A program made the position numbers and the translations under genes. Below are positions 8,920 to 17,861 of a stretch of 64,000 bases of DNA, piece by piece. This stretch comes from a virus (taxonomy: Duplodnaviria; Heunggongvirae; Uroviricota; Caudoviricetes): positions 1,947 through 65,946 of the IMG/VR virus record IMGVR_UViG_3300034069_000533, one strand, 5' to 3'. Every line of letters begins with the position of its first letter. Positions within the stretch are counted from its first letter, which is position 1. Under the pieces are notes generated by a model. The model did not search any database and was not told the DNA's origin. It saw only the letters and a list, made by a program, of their open reading frames with translations.

Positions 8920-9259
8920 AGCCTACCGGCAAATTCGCTGGAATTGGCTGCTTAAGGAATGGAATGGCCGCTGCGCATATTGCGGCGGCGTTCCTACTAC
9001 GGAAGACCATATAATTCCCCGCAGCAAAGGCGGCAAAGATGCATGGTGGAATGTTATTCCAGCCTGCCAGCCTTGCAACCAAGCCAAGCGGGATATGAGC
9101 TTGCGGGAGTTTCTGGAGGACAAAAAGAAGATTTACAAGAGAATTATTGCATGGCGTCAGAGTTTGCCAAAGGCGGCGCCGTTTAGCAACATCATAACGT
9201 ATGACGAAGTTGTAGAAGCGAGGATGCAAAAATATGACCGTTTCCGACGCTATCGCTAG
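8900..9259 (+). CDS. HNH endonuclease
   Basis: CAYCG...EDHIIPRSKGG...N..PAC..CN..K. Confidence 0.9.
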   Translation: MSSASGKAYRQIRWNWLLKEWNGRCAYCGGVPTTEDHIIPRSKGGKDAWWNVIPACQPCNQAKRDMSLREFLEDKKKIYKRIIAWRQSLPKAAPFSNIITYDEVVEARMQKYDRFRRYR

Positions 9260-9260
9260 C

Positions 9261-10226
9261 ATGCCATATGCGCTCAGCGTTTTTGGTGATGATTGGCCGG
9301 ACCCGAAGGTTGAGGATTTCTTTGTTGTCGGCCCCGGCCACTACTTTGTCAGGCGTGATGGCGAGACATTGAAGCGCGAGGCGCCAGAGCTAGACGCGCT
9401 GGCGGTTGAGGCTATTGGAGCGCTGGCAGCGCATTTGCGCGGGCAGTATTCGGACGAAGGTTGGCCCATTCTGGATGGAGAATTGCCGACAGGTGAGCGC
9501 ATCAACATGACGCTGCCGCCCTGCGTGCCGCATCCAAGCTTGGCTATTCGGCGTATGGGCGCCAATGATCCGACGCTTGACGGGCTGGACGCCTACGGGC
9601 TGTGGGATTTAATTAAAAACAAAGAAGGCGGCACTCGCGGCAACGTTCACGCCGGCCGGCTGACAGAGGCCAAGGCGCTGATTGCGGCAGGCGAGGTCAA
9701 CGAAGCCATAAAGCGCTTTGTTGAGTGGCGTTGGTGCATTGGTTTCGTAGGCGAAACTTCAGCCGGAAAAACTTGGGACATGCGGGCGGTTGCGCGTGCC
9801 ATTCCGCTGCATGAACGCATCGGCACGGTCGGGGATGCGGATGAGCTAAAGCGCTTGCCACACGAAAACCGCGTTAATTTCCTCTTTAGCGAACATGGTC
9901 CGGTGCAGGCTGAAGACCTGATTAAAAACGCGCTGCGCAACACGCTGCGTTGGCTACTTGTGCAGGAGGTACGCGGTAAGGAAGCCTTCGCGTTCCTTCG
10001 CGGGCTGATTACGTCACCCGGCATCACATCCTGGCATGCGCGCTCATGTGAGACGGCATTTCCGGCGCTGGAATTCATGGCTCGCCAGCATGAGGCTTGC
10101 CGCAGCGTTGAGAGCGACACGTTGCGCGACATGATGCGCAATCTAATTGACGTGGTGATTCATGTTGAGCGGCAGCCCGGCGGCAAGTTTCGCGCGACTG
10201 ACATTCGCTTTGGCAGGGAGCTTTAG
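9261..10226 (+). CDS. virB11: VirB11 ATPase
   Basis: LPTGERINMTLPP, Walker A GETSAGKT, LVQEVRG.EAF, SWHA, IDVVIHV. Confidence 0.9.
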   Translation: MPYALSVFGDDWPDPKVEDFFVVGPGHYFVRRDGETLKREAPELDALAVEAIGALAAHLRGQYSDEGWPILDGELPTGERINMTLPPCVPHPSLAIRRMGANDPTLDGLDAYGLWDLIKNKEGGTRGNVHAGRLTEAKALIAAGEVNEAIKRFVEWRWCIGFVGETSAGKTWDMRAVARAIPLHERIGTVGDADELKRLPHENRVNFLFSEHGPVQAEDLIKNALRNTLRWLLVQEVRGKEAFAFLRGLITSPGITSWHARSCETAFPALEFMARQHEACRSVESDTLRDMMRNLIDVVIHVERQPGGKFRATDIRFGREL

Positions 10227-10228
10227 AT

Positions 10229-10522
10229 ATGGACAGCAACAATAACACTTGGCCCGATCCGTCGCGGCCCGGCTATCCGCCAAACCCGAACGTGACGGCT
10301 TATTATTGGATTAGATATAGAACAAATCTCGTTGGAAAATTTATGCCTTTTGTTACTGACGATGATCCTTTTCCGTTTCTTTGGGACGCCGGTATGCAAA
10401 GCTGGCTTAATAAGTCTGTATTTTCTCCCGAAGCAATTGCCCGGCTGTGCGAATACATGGAGCCATGCCCATGGCCCGCCAACTACCGTGTAAATCAGGC
10501 ATTGCAAGAAATTCAAGGCTGA
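10229..10522 (+). CDS. hypothetical protein
   Basis: ORF directly after virB11; WPDP..PG.P motif seen in phage small proteins. Confidence 0.55.
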   Translation: MDSNNNTWPDPSRPGYPPNPNVTAYYWIRYRTNLVGKFMPFVTDDDPFPFLWDAGMQSWLNKSVFSPEAIARLCEYMEPCPWPANYRVNQALQEIQG

Positions 10523-10560
10523 GCTAGCCTCGCTGCGTTAGAGAGAAGGAACACAACGAA

Positions 10561-11907
10561 ATGGCGCGTAAGCTTGACTCCTTTGAGGCGCGTTCGCGTG
10601 CGCTTTGCGTTGAGGCGGGACTTGATCCTGACTCGCGCGTGCCGGTGCCGGGCAGTGATCGCGGCATGCCAGCTTGGGTGAAGTTTCGTGATGCGGCGCG
10701 GCTGGAAGCCAAGGTTGCGGCTGAGGCTGAGCGCGAGGCGTCTACCTTCAAGCTGCCGCCACAGGCGCCGGAATTCGGCGGCAAGCCGCTGGTTTTTGGC
10801 GATCATGAGCCGAAGACGATTGAGCAAATGGAAGCCTGCATGAAGGTGGGCAACGTTGTTGCGGGCGTCATTTGTGCGGATGGCCATTTAGGTTATGCCC
10901 AACCCGTTGGCGGCGTGATTGCCTACAAGGGGCACGTCAGCGTTAGCGGTGTTGGCTTTGACATTGGCTGCGGCAACATGGCGGCAAAGCTGGACATTAA
11001 GCGCGGCTATCTTAATGGCCATGAAGCGGGAGTGTTGTGGGACATTCGGGAGGCAATCTCTTTTGGTGTTGGGCGCGTCAACAATGAGCGCGTAGAGCAT
11101 CCGTTGTTTGACGATGCCGAAGCTTGGCGCGCGGCTGACCGCGAGGATTATAAGGACAAGGCGCATTCGCAGCTTGGCACGGTCGGTAGCGGCAACCACT
11201 ACGTTGATTTGCTGGAAGGTGAAGATGGCTATATCTGGATCGGCGTCCATTTCGGCAGCCGTGGCTTGGGTCACAGCACGGCGACCAAGTATGTAACCCT
11301 GCTTGGCGGCAAGGATGGCATCAACGTTGATCCTGCCGTTGTGCCGGTGGACCATGAGCTTGGTATTCGCTATCTGGCAGCGATGGAGCTTGCCGGACGC
11401 TACGCCTACGCTGGCCGGGAATGGGTGGTCAATCGCGTGGCCAAGCTGCTTGGCGGGCAGATTACCGATAGCGTACATAACCACCACAATTATGCATGGC
11501 GTGAGACGCATAACGGTAATGAGCTTTACGTTGTGCGTAAGGGTGCCACGCCCGCGTTTCCCGGTCAGCGTGGCTTTATCGGCGGCAGCATGGGTGATGA
11601 TGCGGTGATTGTTGAGGGTGTTGACAGCGATCTTAGCCGCGTGTCGCTCTACTCGACTGTGCATGGCGCCGGGCGCACCATGGGACGCAAGCAGGCGATC
11701 CGCACCTACAGCCGCGCCGAAATGGACGCGTGGCTTGTTGAGCGCGGCGTGTATGTGTCGGGCGGCGACATTGACGAAAGCCCGCAAGCATATCGCAGGC
11801 TTCCCGATGTTTTGGCCCATCACGCCGGGACCATTCGTATTCAGCACACGTTGCGCCCGTTTGCGGTGGCGATGGCGGGAAACGAAAAAGACCCATATAA
11901 GGATTGA
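10561..11907 (+). CDS. rtcB: RtcB RNA 3'-phosphate/5'-OH ligase with N-terminal extension
   Basis: ADGHLGYAQPVGG, VGFDIGCG, QLGTVGSGNHY, HFGSRG, HNHHNY, RKGAT, GSMG, HGAGR, DESP.AYR. Confidence 0.95.
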   Translation: MARKLDSFEARSRALCVEAGLDPDSRVPVPGSDRGMPAWVKFRDAARLEAKVAAEAEREASTFKLPPQAPEFGGKPLVFGDHEPKTIEQMEACMKVGNVVAGVICADGHLGYAQPVGGVIAYKGHVSVSGVGFDIGCGNMAAKLDIKRGYLNGHEAGVLWDIREAISFGVGRVNNERVEHPLFDDAEAWRAADREDYKDKAHSQLGTVGSGNHYVDLLEGEDGYIWIGVHFGSRGLGHSTATKYVTLLGGKDGINVDPAVVPVDHELGIRYLAAMELAGRYAYAGREWVVNRVAKLLGGQITDSVHNHHNYAWRETHNGNELYVVRKGATPAFPGQRGFIGGSMGDDAVIVEGVDSDLSRVSLYSTVHGAGRTMGRKQAIRTYSRAEMDAWLVERGVYVSGGDIDESPQAYRRLPDVLAHHAGTIRIQHTLRPFAVAMAGNEKDPYKD

Positions 11908-11912
11908 ATTAA

Positions 11913-12167
11913 GTGTGCAATACAGAGCGCGCCCAACGGATTAGGCGTTGGGCGCAGGGTAATTGGTCGGCACAGCCCTGGCCAGCCGGAACGCTGGTCT
12001 ACAATACGCACCACGCGCTTTATCAGGCAGCTTTAACAAAAACCGGCAAATTCTTTGTCGTTGACCCGATGTTTGTTGAGTGGTCAGATGCGCAGCTAGC
12101 CCTATGGCTAGAGCGAGTGCGGGATATGCGCCAGATGGCCGCAAAGGCTTTGGAGAGGGAAAAATGA
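11913..12167 (+). CDS. hypothetical protein
   Basis: ORF coupled to next gene. Confidence 0.5.
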   Translation: MCNTERAQRIRRWAQGNWSAQPWPAGTLVYNTHHALYQAALTKTGKFFVVDPMFVEWSDAQLALWLERVRDMRQMAAKALEREK

Positions 12168-12394
12168 AAATCTATGCCGCCGTCACTCTGGCATGCGTCG
12201 CTGCCTTTATGGCGCTTGGCTTCGCTTGGTATGCCGCCAACCGCGCTGGCCAGCCTATCCCGGCGGCTGAGCTAGCCAGAATGGAGAAGGAAGCGCATCA
12301 GCGCAACGCTGTCACAGCGGGCGCCGTGATGACGGTTGAGGGTTTGCGCGCATGGCGCGCGGCCCGCCGGGAGAAGAAGGAGAATGGAGAATGA
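12164..12394 (+). CDS. small membrane-anchored protein
   Basis: N-terminal hydrophobic helix, ATGA overlap. Confidence 0.55.
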   Translation: MKIYAAVTLACVAAFMALGFAWYAANRAGQPIPAAELARMEKEAHQRNAVTAGAVMTVEGLRAWRAARREKKENGE

Positions 12395-12954
12395 GCGACG
12401 GCACTAGCCGTGTTGGTGGATGGGTGCAGGTTTGGTCCGGCAAGCGTTTTTATCCGCTGGACCCGCGCCCGGAAGAAGTCAACATCATGGACATTGCGCA
12501 TGCGCTGGCCATGAAGTGTCGCTATGGCGGGCATTGCTCAGAATTCTATTCGCTGGCTGAACATAGCGTGTTGATGAGTCAGAAGGCGTCGCCAGAAAAT
12601 GCGCTATGGGCGCTACTGCATGACGCAGGCGAAGCGTACCTTGCTGACGTGCCGCGTCCGGTAAAGCCAAATCTGCCAGGATGGAAGACGCTTGAAGCTG
12701 ACGTTATGGCTGCTGTCTGCACTAAATTTGGTCTGCCGCTTGCGGAGCCAGCCGAAGTCAAAGCGCTGGATACCGCTATTCTACGCGACGAAAAAGAGCG
12801 ACTGATGCGCGGTGGCGAAGATTGGGATTGGCTTCCGCCGGGGCTTGGCGTGAAGATTGAATGCCTGCCGCCGTTTGAGGCCAAGCATGCGTTTATGCGC
12901 AGGTTTATTGAATTGACGGTTGACCGTCGCGTTGAGGGGTGGAGCCATGTCTAA
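12391..12954 (+). CDS. HD-domain phosphohydrolase (YfbR-like 5'-deoxynucleotidase family)
   Basis: DIAHALA..CRYGGH...FYS.AEHS, ALLHDA.EAY..D.PRP.K. Confidence 0.85.
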   Translation: MSDGTSRVGGWVQVWSGKRFYPLDPRPEEVNIMDIAHALAMKCRYGGHCSEFYSLAEHSVLMSQKASPENALWALLHDAGEAYLADVPRPVKPNLPGWKTLEADVMAAVCTKFGLPLAEPAEVKALDTAILRDEKERLMRGGEDWDWLPPGLGVKIECLPPFEAKHAFMRRFIELTVDRRVEGWSHV

Positions 12955-13129
12955 TGCAGCCAACACCGGGCACGGGCACGTTTACAAACGGCCCGATGGA
13001 GCCAAGGCGCGGTGCGGTGGGCCGGGCTTGTGCTCGGAATGCTCGCGCGATCTAGCGCAGAAGATGCGCGAGGATGCGCGCAACAATCTGCCAGCAATCG
13101 AGGCAAAGGATTTTCGGCAGGATGGCTAG
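12947..13129 (+). CDS. small Cys-containing phage protein
   Basis: GHGHV..RPDG.KARCGGPG.C.EC motif. Confidence 0.6.
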   Translation: MSNAANTGHGHVYKRPDGAKARCGGPGLCSECSRDLAQKMREDARNNLPAIEAKDFRQDG

Positions 13130-13337
13130 CATTGAATTGCCGAAATGCGAGACGAATGCCAAGCTAATGCAAATGCTGGCCAGTCGGGCAAATGTCGGGC
13201 TGGCCAAGTATGGCGTGACGGTCAGCGGCAGTCCGTTGACGCGGCAGCAATGGTTGCAGCATGCGCTAGAGGAAGCGCTTGATTTGGCGGTGTATTTGCA
13301 ACGGTTAATTGATATGGATAAGGAAAGCGCCACATGA
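13122..13337 (+). CDS. small all-alpha protein, possible NTP-pyrophosphatase-like
   Basis: R..VGL.KYG.T...WLQHA.EE.LD..VY pattern. Confidence 0.55.
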   Translation: MASIELPKCETNAKLMQMLASRANVGLAKYGVTVSGSPLTRQQWLQHALEEALDLAVYLQRLIDMDKESAT

Positions 13338-13831
13338 AACAGATTTTGCCGGTATGGGAGCCGAAAAAAAACAAAGTGCTGTCATGTTTTTATATGGGTT
13401 GGGGATTTATATTAGTTAGCATTCCGTTTGTTCCTTTTATTGTGCGTGATAAAAATTATAATCCAACGCCATTTATGGCCGTTGTAATTGCGCCGCTTAT
13501 TGAAAGCATGATGATTGCAATGATTTGCTTTTTAATTTTTGGTATTTTAAGCTTTATAATTGAAAAAAACAAACTTAATGATTGGGTTTATATTTTATTT
13601 GCGGCTTCCATTTGCGGTGGCATTTTTGGGCCGCTTCACAACGGACTTGGCCTAGAAAATATTGCTCGCTCTATGCAATCCGGTATTGTATTTGTTTTAA
13701 TGTGTGTGCAATTTTTGTCGTGGAATATAACTGTTGGAATGACTTGGGCTTTTTGGGGAACGGTTTTAACTCATGCGGTAACTAACGGCACGCTACAAAG
13801 CATTGCTTTAACTTTGCGATATTTCCGATAA
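13334..13831 (+). CDS. CPBP/CAAX-type intramembrane metalloprotease-like protein (AT-rich)
   Basis: Multiple TMs with APLIES, FG.LH and H...N motifs. Confidence 0.55.
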   Translation: MKQILPVWEPKKNKVLSCFYMGWGFILVSIPFVPFIVRDKNYNPTPFMAVVIAPLIESMMIAMICFLIFGILSFIIEKNKLNDWVYILFAASICGGIFGPLHNGLGLENIARSMQSGIVFVLMCVQFLSWNITVGMTWAFWGTVLTHAVTNGTLQSIALTLRYFR

Positions 13832-15570
13832 TGCCCGCCCTTCCGCTGTTTGCTGCGCTGGCCGCGATCCCGCTGGCCAGCGCTTTCGCGTCCTGGCTGT
13901 TCCTGACGATTAAAGGATGGTGGGCCAGCCCCTACTATGCCCATGGGATGCATTGGGCTTGGGCGTGGTGGGTCTATGTGGCCGATCCCGGCCCATCCCT
14001 CATGACGAAGGCTTGGCTGGCCCTGACGGGGCTTGGCGGGCTTGCCATGGGCATCGCCTTGGTCCGCTTCTCCTGGCCGGATCGCAACGCAGGCTTCTAT
14101 GGCCGGGCCAAGTGGCAAACCATGTGGGGCGCCATCCGGGCCGGACTGACCTTCAGCTTGCGTCCGAAGCCGGATGGCATTCTGCTTGGCAAGCATTTAT
14201 TTGCCGGATTTATCTGGCTGTATGTCAGTTTGCGCGGCGATTTGCATGTGTCGCTGACCGCAACCACCGGCAGCGGCAAAGGTGTGTCTTTCGTTAATCC
14301 CAACGTATTAAATTGGGCCGGGCCGGTGTTCTGCTTCTCGGTCAAGCGCGACGTACTGAACGCTTGCGCGGCTGAGCGCGAGCGCAAGGGCGACAAAGTA
14401 TTTATCTTTGATGTGACCGAGCCGGATGGCGTTACGCATCAATGGAGCGGCTTCGGTGAAGTGCGACGCTATACGCCTGATATTTATAGCGACATTCAAA
14501 AGATTATGCATACCATTATTCCCGAAACCAAAGCCAATAATCCATATTGGGATAATGCCGCACGCAAAATAGCAACCGCTGTTATGGTTATGTTGGCGGA
14601 AATCAGGGATCATCCGCTTAACATTGAAGAATTATTAGGATTGATTGGCGCCCATAACTATGACGTATTGTTGCGCGATATGATTTATACTTCTCGGCTG
14701 AAAAAGCGCCCGTTCCCGCGTCGTGCAGTTGATGCCGTGCTAGAATGGCTAGATAATAAAGCAGTAGAGGGCGCCGCTGCGGTTCGGGAGAATATTACAA
14801 CGGCGCTGGCGCTGTGGAATGATCCGCGCGTTTGTGCCGCGACCAACAGCCAGGAATTTGAGCTTAAGACTCTGCGCTCGCAACGCGTCAGCGTGTTTGT
14901 CTGCGCTCAGCCGGGAGATATTAGGTTGCTGCGGCCGGTCTACGGGCTTTTGTTTAATCAGTTAATCCAGATGAATAGCCGGGTTGAATTTAGCAAAGAC
15001 CCGACGCACCGAAAACACCGGACATTAATTATGCTGGATGAGCGTTGGGCGCTTGGCGGCATGCGCGAGCTAGACGACGCGTTTGCGTATCTGCGGTCCT
15101 ATGGCTTTCGGTTCTGCGTTGTGTTGCAGAGCAAGGGGCAGTTGAAGACTTCGCTTGGTGAAGAAGGCGCTGACAACCTATTCAACAACATTAAATGCGA
15201 AATGATCTTTGGCGGCACCGACCAAAAGACTGCTGATGAAGTTAGCAAGCGTGCTGGCATCAATACGGAGGTTGAGTCTAGCCGCAGCCGTCCGCGCTTC
15301 TCTCTATTCAACTTCAGCCGTCACACAGAGAGCGAGAGCAAAAAGGGCCGTCCGCTATTGCTGCCGCAAGAGGTTGCGCAGTTGGATGAAAAGTTTGTTG
15401 TGGTCCAGATGAAAGGCAAGCCACCTTTAAAGCTGCATAGAATTTTTTGGTATGAAGATCGGCATTTTAGGGATATGGTTGGTGAACCTTCCGGCTTACC
15501 CAAGCTTGAAGTCACGATGAAACGCGATGAGGAATCAGCCTTGAACGCGGAGGATATGCAGGAGGTTTGA
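13831..15570 (+). CDS. virD4: VirD4/TraG type IV coupling protein
   Basis: N-terminal TMs, YGRAKW, Walker A TTGSGKG, YWDNAA, MLDE..LG, RSYG..F..VLQ..QL...G.EGA. Confidence 0.92.
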   Translation: MPALPLFAALAAIPLASAFASWLFLTIKGWWASPYYAHGMHWAWAWWVYVADPGPSLMTKAWLALTGLGGLAMGIALVRFSWPDRNAGFYGRAKWQTMWGAIRAGLTFSLRPKPDGILLGKHLFAGFIWLYVSLRGDLHVSLTATTGSGKGVSFVNPNVLNWAGPVFCFSVKRDVLNACAAERERKGDKVFIFDVTEPDGVTHQWSGFGEVRRYTPDIYSDIQKIMHTIIPETKANNPYWDNAARKIATAVMVMLAEIRDHPLNIEELLGLIGAHNYDVLLRDMIYTSRLKKRPFPRRAVDAVLEWLDNKAVEGAAAVRENITTALALWNDPRVCAATNSQEFELKTLRSQRVSVFVCAQPGDIRLLRPVYGLLFNQLIQMNSRVEFSKDPTHRKHRTLIMLDERWALGGMRELDDAFAYLRSYGFRFCVVLQSKGQLKTSLGEEGADNLFNNIKCEMIFGGTDQKTADEVSKRAGINTEVESSRSRPRFSLFNFSRHTESESKKGRPLLLPQEVAQLDEKFVVVQMKGKPPLKLHRIFWYEDRHFRDMVGEPSGLPKLEVTMKRDEESALNAEDMQEV

Positions 15571-15574
15571 TGTT

Positions 15575-15934
15575 ATGTTACGCCGGGTTTTCAGCTTTGT
15601 ATTAATGGCGGCGCTCCGGTCTGTGGCCGGACTGCTGCGCCTTGTCCTGCTGCCGGTGCTGGCGATCCTGCTGGCGGCAAGCGTTGGCGCGGCGCTTAGC
15701 GGCGACACTGTTCCTGCGCTGCTGCTGGCTCTAGCCTTCGTGCTGTTGCGCGAAGCGCGATATCGGCTTTTGTTTATTGACCTTATTTCAATGAGGCGTG
15801 CAGATGCGATTCCTGTTAGCCGTACTAATTCCATGCGGTTTATTAATTCTCGCAATAATCGCGTTCTTCGTGGTGCTGTTCGGTCGCGCCGTCCGGCGTA
15901 CCGAAATATTGCGCGGCATGTCTCGCACGCTTAG
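15575..15934 (+). CDS. hypothetical membrane protein
   Basis: GGAGG RBS, hydrophobic; 3' end overlaps next ORF. Confidence 0.45.
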   Translation: MLRRVFSFVLMAALRSVAGLLRLVLLPVLAILLAASVGAALSGDTVPALLLALAFVLLREARYRLLFIDLISMRRADAIPVSRTNSMRFINSRNNRVLRGAVRSRRPAYRNIARHVSHA

Positions 15935-16130
15935 CGGCTGCTTTGATGGTAATGGCGACATAACTTATTCTGCATGGTCCTATTATATGGTCGTGCGAGG
16001 CAAGAGATGGGGACCGGAGCGCGTGCGGTTCGTGGATTGGATCAACCGCAGCCCCGGTCACTGTCAGCGCGCTTACGAGTGGCACGACGCACACAAGCTG
16101 TTTGATGAGACGCTTGGCCCGGAGGTTTAG
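15804..16130 (+). CDS. hypothetical membrane-anchored protein
   Basis: GAGG RBS; ends just before a terminator. Confidence 0.6.
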   Translation: MRFLLAVLIPCGLLILAIIAFFVVLFGRAVRRTEILRGMSRTLSGCFDGNGDITYSAWSYYMVVRGKRWGPERVRFVDWINRSPGHCQRAYEWHDAHKLFDETLGPEV

Positions 16131-16132
16131 AG

Positions 16133-16159
16133 AAAGCGCCGCAAGGCGCTTTTTTTTTT
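16133..16159 (+). terminator. intrinsic terminator (GCAA loop family)
   Basis: AAAGCGCC-GCAA-GGCGCTTT plus T-run. Confidence 0.9.
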
Positions 16160-16161
16160 GC

Positions 16162-16190
16162 TTGACGCCATGCGTTGCGCACGCTACGTT
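16162..16190 (+). promoter_or_regulatory. sigma70 promoter with spacer palindrome (copy 1)
   Basis: TTGACG-17 nt-TACGTT; ATGCGTTGCGCACGCTA at 16170-16186. Confidence 0.8.
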
Positions 16191-16216
16191 GGTGTCGTTG
16201 AGAAGGAAGCAGGCAA

Positions 16217-16627
16217 ATGTTTATCAATGATATGTCGGTGCTGGTTGGTCAGACGATTTCCCGCATTAGCCCGGTGGAAAAGGGCACCGAAGCCTTTTTG
16301 ATGGTCATGGATAATGGCAAGCGCTACGGCTTTTATCACATGCAAGATTGTTGCGAAACGGTAGAGATTGAGGATGTTGTTGGCGACATTGCCGACCTTA
16401 TCGGATCGCCGCTTGTGCGAGCCGAGGAACGTTCGCAGAAGGATGACAATGCTTGCGAAAGCGGCACTTGGACTTTTTATGAGCTTGCCACCAATAAGGG
16501 TAGCGTCACTATTCGTTGGTACGGTTCATCAAACGGATATTACAGCGAGTCCGTTGACTTTATTGCCCTTGCTGAAGGAGAAAAGTTTGGATATGGAATG
16601 GATGCTTTTAAAATGATTGATATTTAA
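16217..16627 (+). CDS. conserved phage hypothetical protein
   Basis: YH.QDCCE.V.IED..GD..DL.G.P...TWTFY...T.KG.VTIRWYG.SNGYYSESV pattern. Confidence 0.75.
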   Translation: MFINDMSVLVGQTISRISPVEKGTEAFLMVMDNGKRYGFYHMQDCCETVEIEDVVGDIADLIGSPLVRAEERSQKDDNACESGTWTFYELATNKGSVTIRWYGSSNGYYSESVDFIALAEGEKFGYGMDAFKMIDI

Positions 16628-16631
16628 TTAC

Positions 16632-16656
16632 AAAGCGCCGCAAGGCGCTTTTTTTT
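16632..16656 (+). terminator. intrinsic terminator (GCAA loop family)
   Basis: AAAGCGCC-GCAA-GGCGCTTT plus T-run. Confidence 0.9.
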
Positions 16657-16660
16657 GTGC

Positions 16661-16689
16661 TTGACTGTATGAGTTGCGCACGCTATGTT
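16661..16689 (+). promoter_or_regulatory. sigma70 promoter with spacer palindrome (copy 2)
   Basis: TTGACT-17 nt-TATGTT; ...GAGTTGCGCACGCTA. Confidence 0.8.
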
Positions 16690-16715
16690 GGTGGCGTTAA
16701 GAAGGAATAAATACA

Positions 16716-16889
16716 ATGGATAAAAGAGTTACTTATCTTGTTTCCTTTAACAAAGGTGATGCCTCTTGCTGCGCCGCGCCGGAAGGTAAGACATGCACAG
16801 AAGTTTGCGAATTTATTTGTGGTTATCGTCCTAGCGAATGCTATGCCAATTTTAGTTTCTGGCTTGGCGTTGACGCGGAGGGCGTGTAA
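16716..16889 (+). CDS. small Cys-rich hypothetical protein (57 aa)
   Basis: ATG after AAGAAGGA; below ORF-track cutoff. Confidence 0.55.
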   Translation: MDKRVTYLVSFNKGDASCCAAPEGKTCTEVCEFICGYRPSECYANFSFWLGVDAEGV

Positions 16890-17014
16890 TGCAAGTCGTG
16901 TGCGAGCCGAACGGCAGCTATTACGTCCTTAACGATGACGACGAACGCGTTGCAGGGCCGTTTGACAATGAGGACGACGCTTGGGACGCGCTTGATAATT
17001 TGGTTGAAGAATAA
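16889..17014 (+). CDS. small acidic protein (41 aa)
   Basis: TAATG overlap; ends before terminator. Confidence 0.55.
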   Translation: MQVVCEPNGSYYVLNDDDERVAGPFDNEDDAWDALDNLVEE

Positions 17015-17016
17015 AC

Positions 17017-17038
17017 AAAGCCCCGCAAGGGGCTTTTT
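17017..17038 (+). terminator. intrinsic terminator (GCAA loop family)
   Basis: AAAGCCCC-GCAA-GGGGCTTTTT. Confidence 0.85.
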
Positions 17039-17160
17039 CTTTGCCTACATCACATTGGCACACGTTTCGTTGAATTTTTTTCACTTGCGCCAAATGCAAT
17101 CGCGCTGCACACTCCATCCCGTCAGCAACGACGCTGACTTGAAAAGAAGGAATACAACAC

Positions 17161-17592
17161 ATGGGTTTTTTCCGTAACCTCGTTGGCGCCGGTACGCGTG
17201 AGATTGCCAAGGTGCAGAACCGCGATTTGCTTGAGGGCATCGTGAATGCCGCCACCTACGTTGCGGCCGAGGGCGGTATTTCCCGCAGCGAGGCGGATCA
17301 GCTTGCCGTGTCGCTCAGCACCAACAAGGCGCTTGCCGCTTTCGCGCCGAGTGAGGTTTCCGCGCTGGTCAGCAAGGTCCGCGAGCAGATTGAGAATAGC
17401 CCGCGCATGGCCAAGCTGGCGATTAAGAAGGAGGTTGAGGAGTGCGGCAATAATCCTGAGTGGGGCATGACCATTGTTGCCGTCGCGGCTGACGTGGCCG
17501 ACAGCGAGGGCGGTATCAGCGACGCCGAGGTTGCCCGCCTGCGGGAGATTTGCACTTGGGCGAAGCAGAGCCCGTCCGATCACGGGTTTTGA
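17161..17592 (+). CDS. terB: TerB-family protein
   Basis: K..NRDL.E.IV......A.EGGIS..E and VA.SEGGIS..E...L duplicated TerB motifs. Confidence 0.75.
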   Translation: MGFFRNLVGAGTREIAKVQNRDLLEGIVNAATYVAAEGGISRSEADQLAVSLSTNKALAAFAPSEVSALVSKVREQIENSPRMAKLAIKKEVEECGNNPEWGMTIVAVAADVADSEGGISDAEVARLREICTWAKQSPSDHGF

Positions 17593-17861
17593 TGTTCGGG
17601 CGCTTTAGCGGTGGGGGAATGGCCGCGCTCGCGGTCATTTTCCTAGCCCTGGCAGCGTTTTGGGCAACCAGAGCCATTGCTGACTTCCTGTTTATTGCTG
17701 GCGCTGTCTATCTAGCGTGGCGAGCGCATGTGGCCCGCATGGCGCAGAAGAATGCAGAGATTGCCAAGCTGCGGACTCAGCTTGGCATGGTTACGGATAA
17801 GGTTGACGCGGCGCCACGGCTCCGCGCGTTTGTCGCGTCCCCAAAGGAGAAGCAAGCATGA
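17592..17861 (+). CDS. membrane protein with coiled coil
   Basis: TGATG overlap with terB; two TMs. Confidence 0.6.
   Translation: MFGRFSGGGMAALAVIFLALAAFWATRAIADFLFIAGAVYLAWRAHVARMAQKNAEIAKLRTQLGMVTDKVDAAPRLRAFVASPKEKQA

Noticed and set aside
8900-9259. HNH as an intron-encoded protein
   Set aside because: It overlaps or abuts intact neighbours and does not interrupt a gene; treated as free-standing.
10888-11847. 319-aa minus-strand ORF
   Set aside because: Antisense shadow of rtcB in GC-rich DNA.
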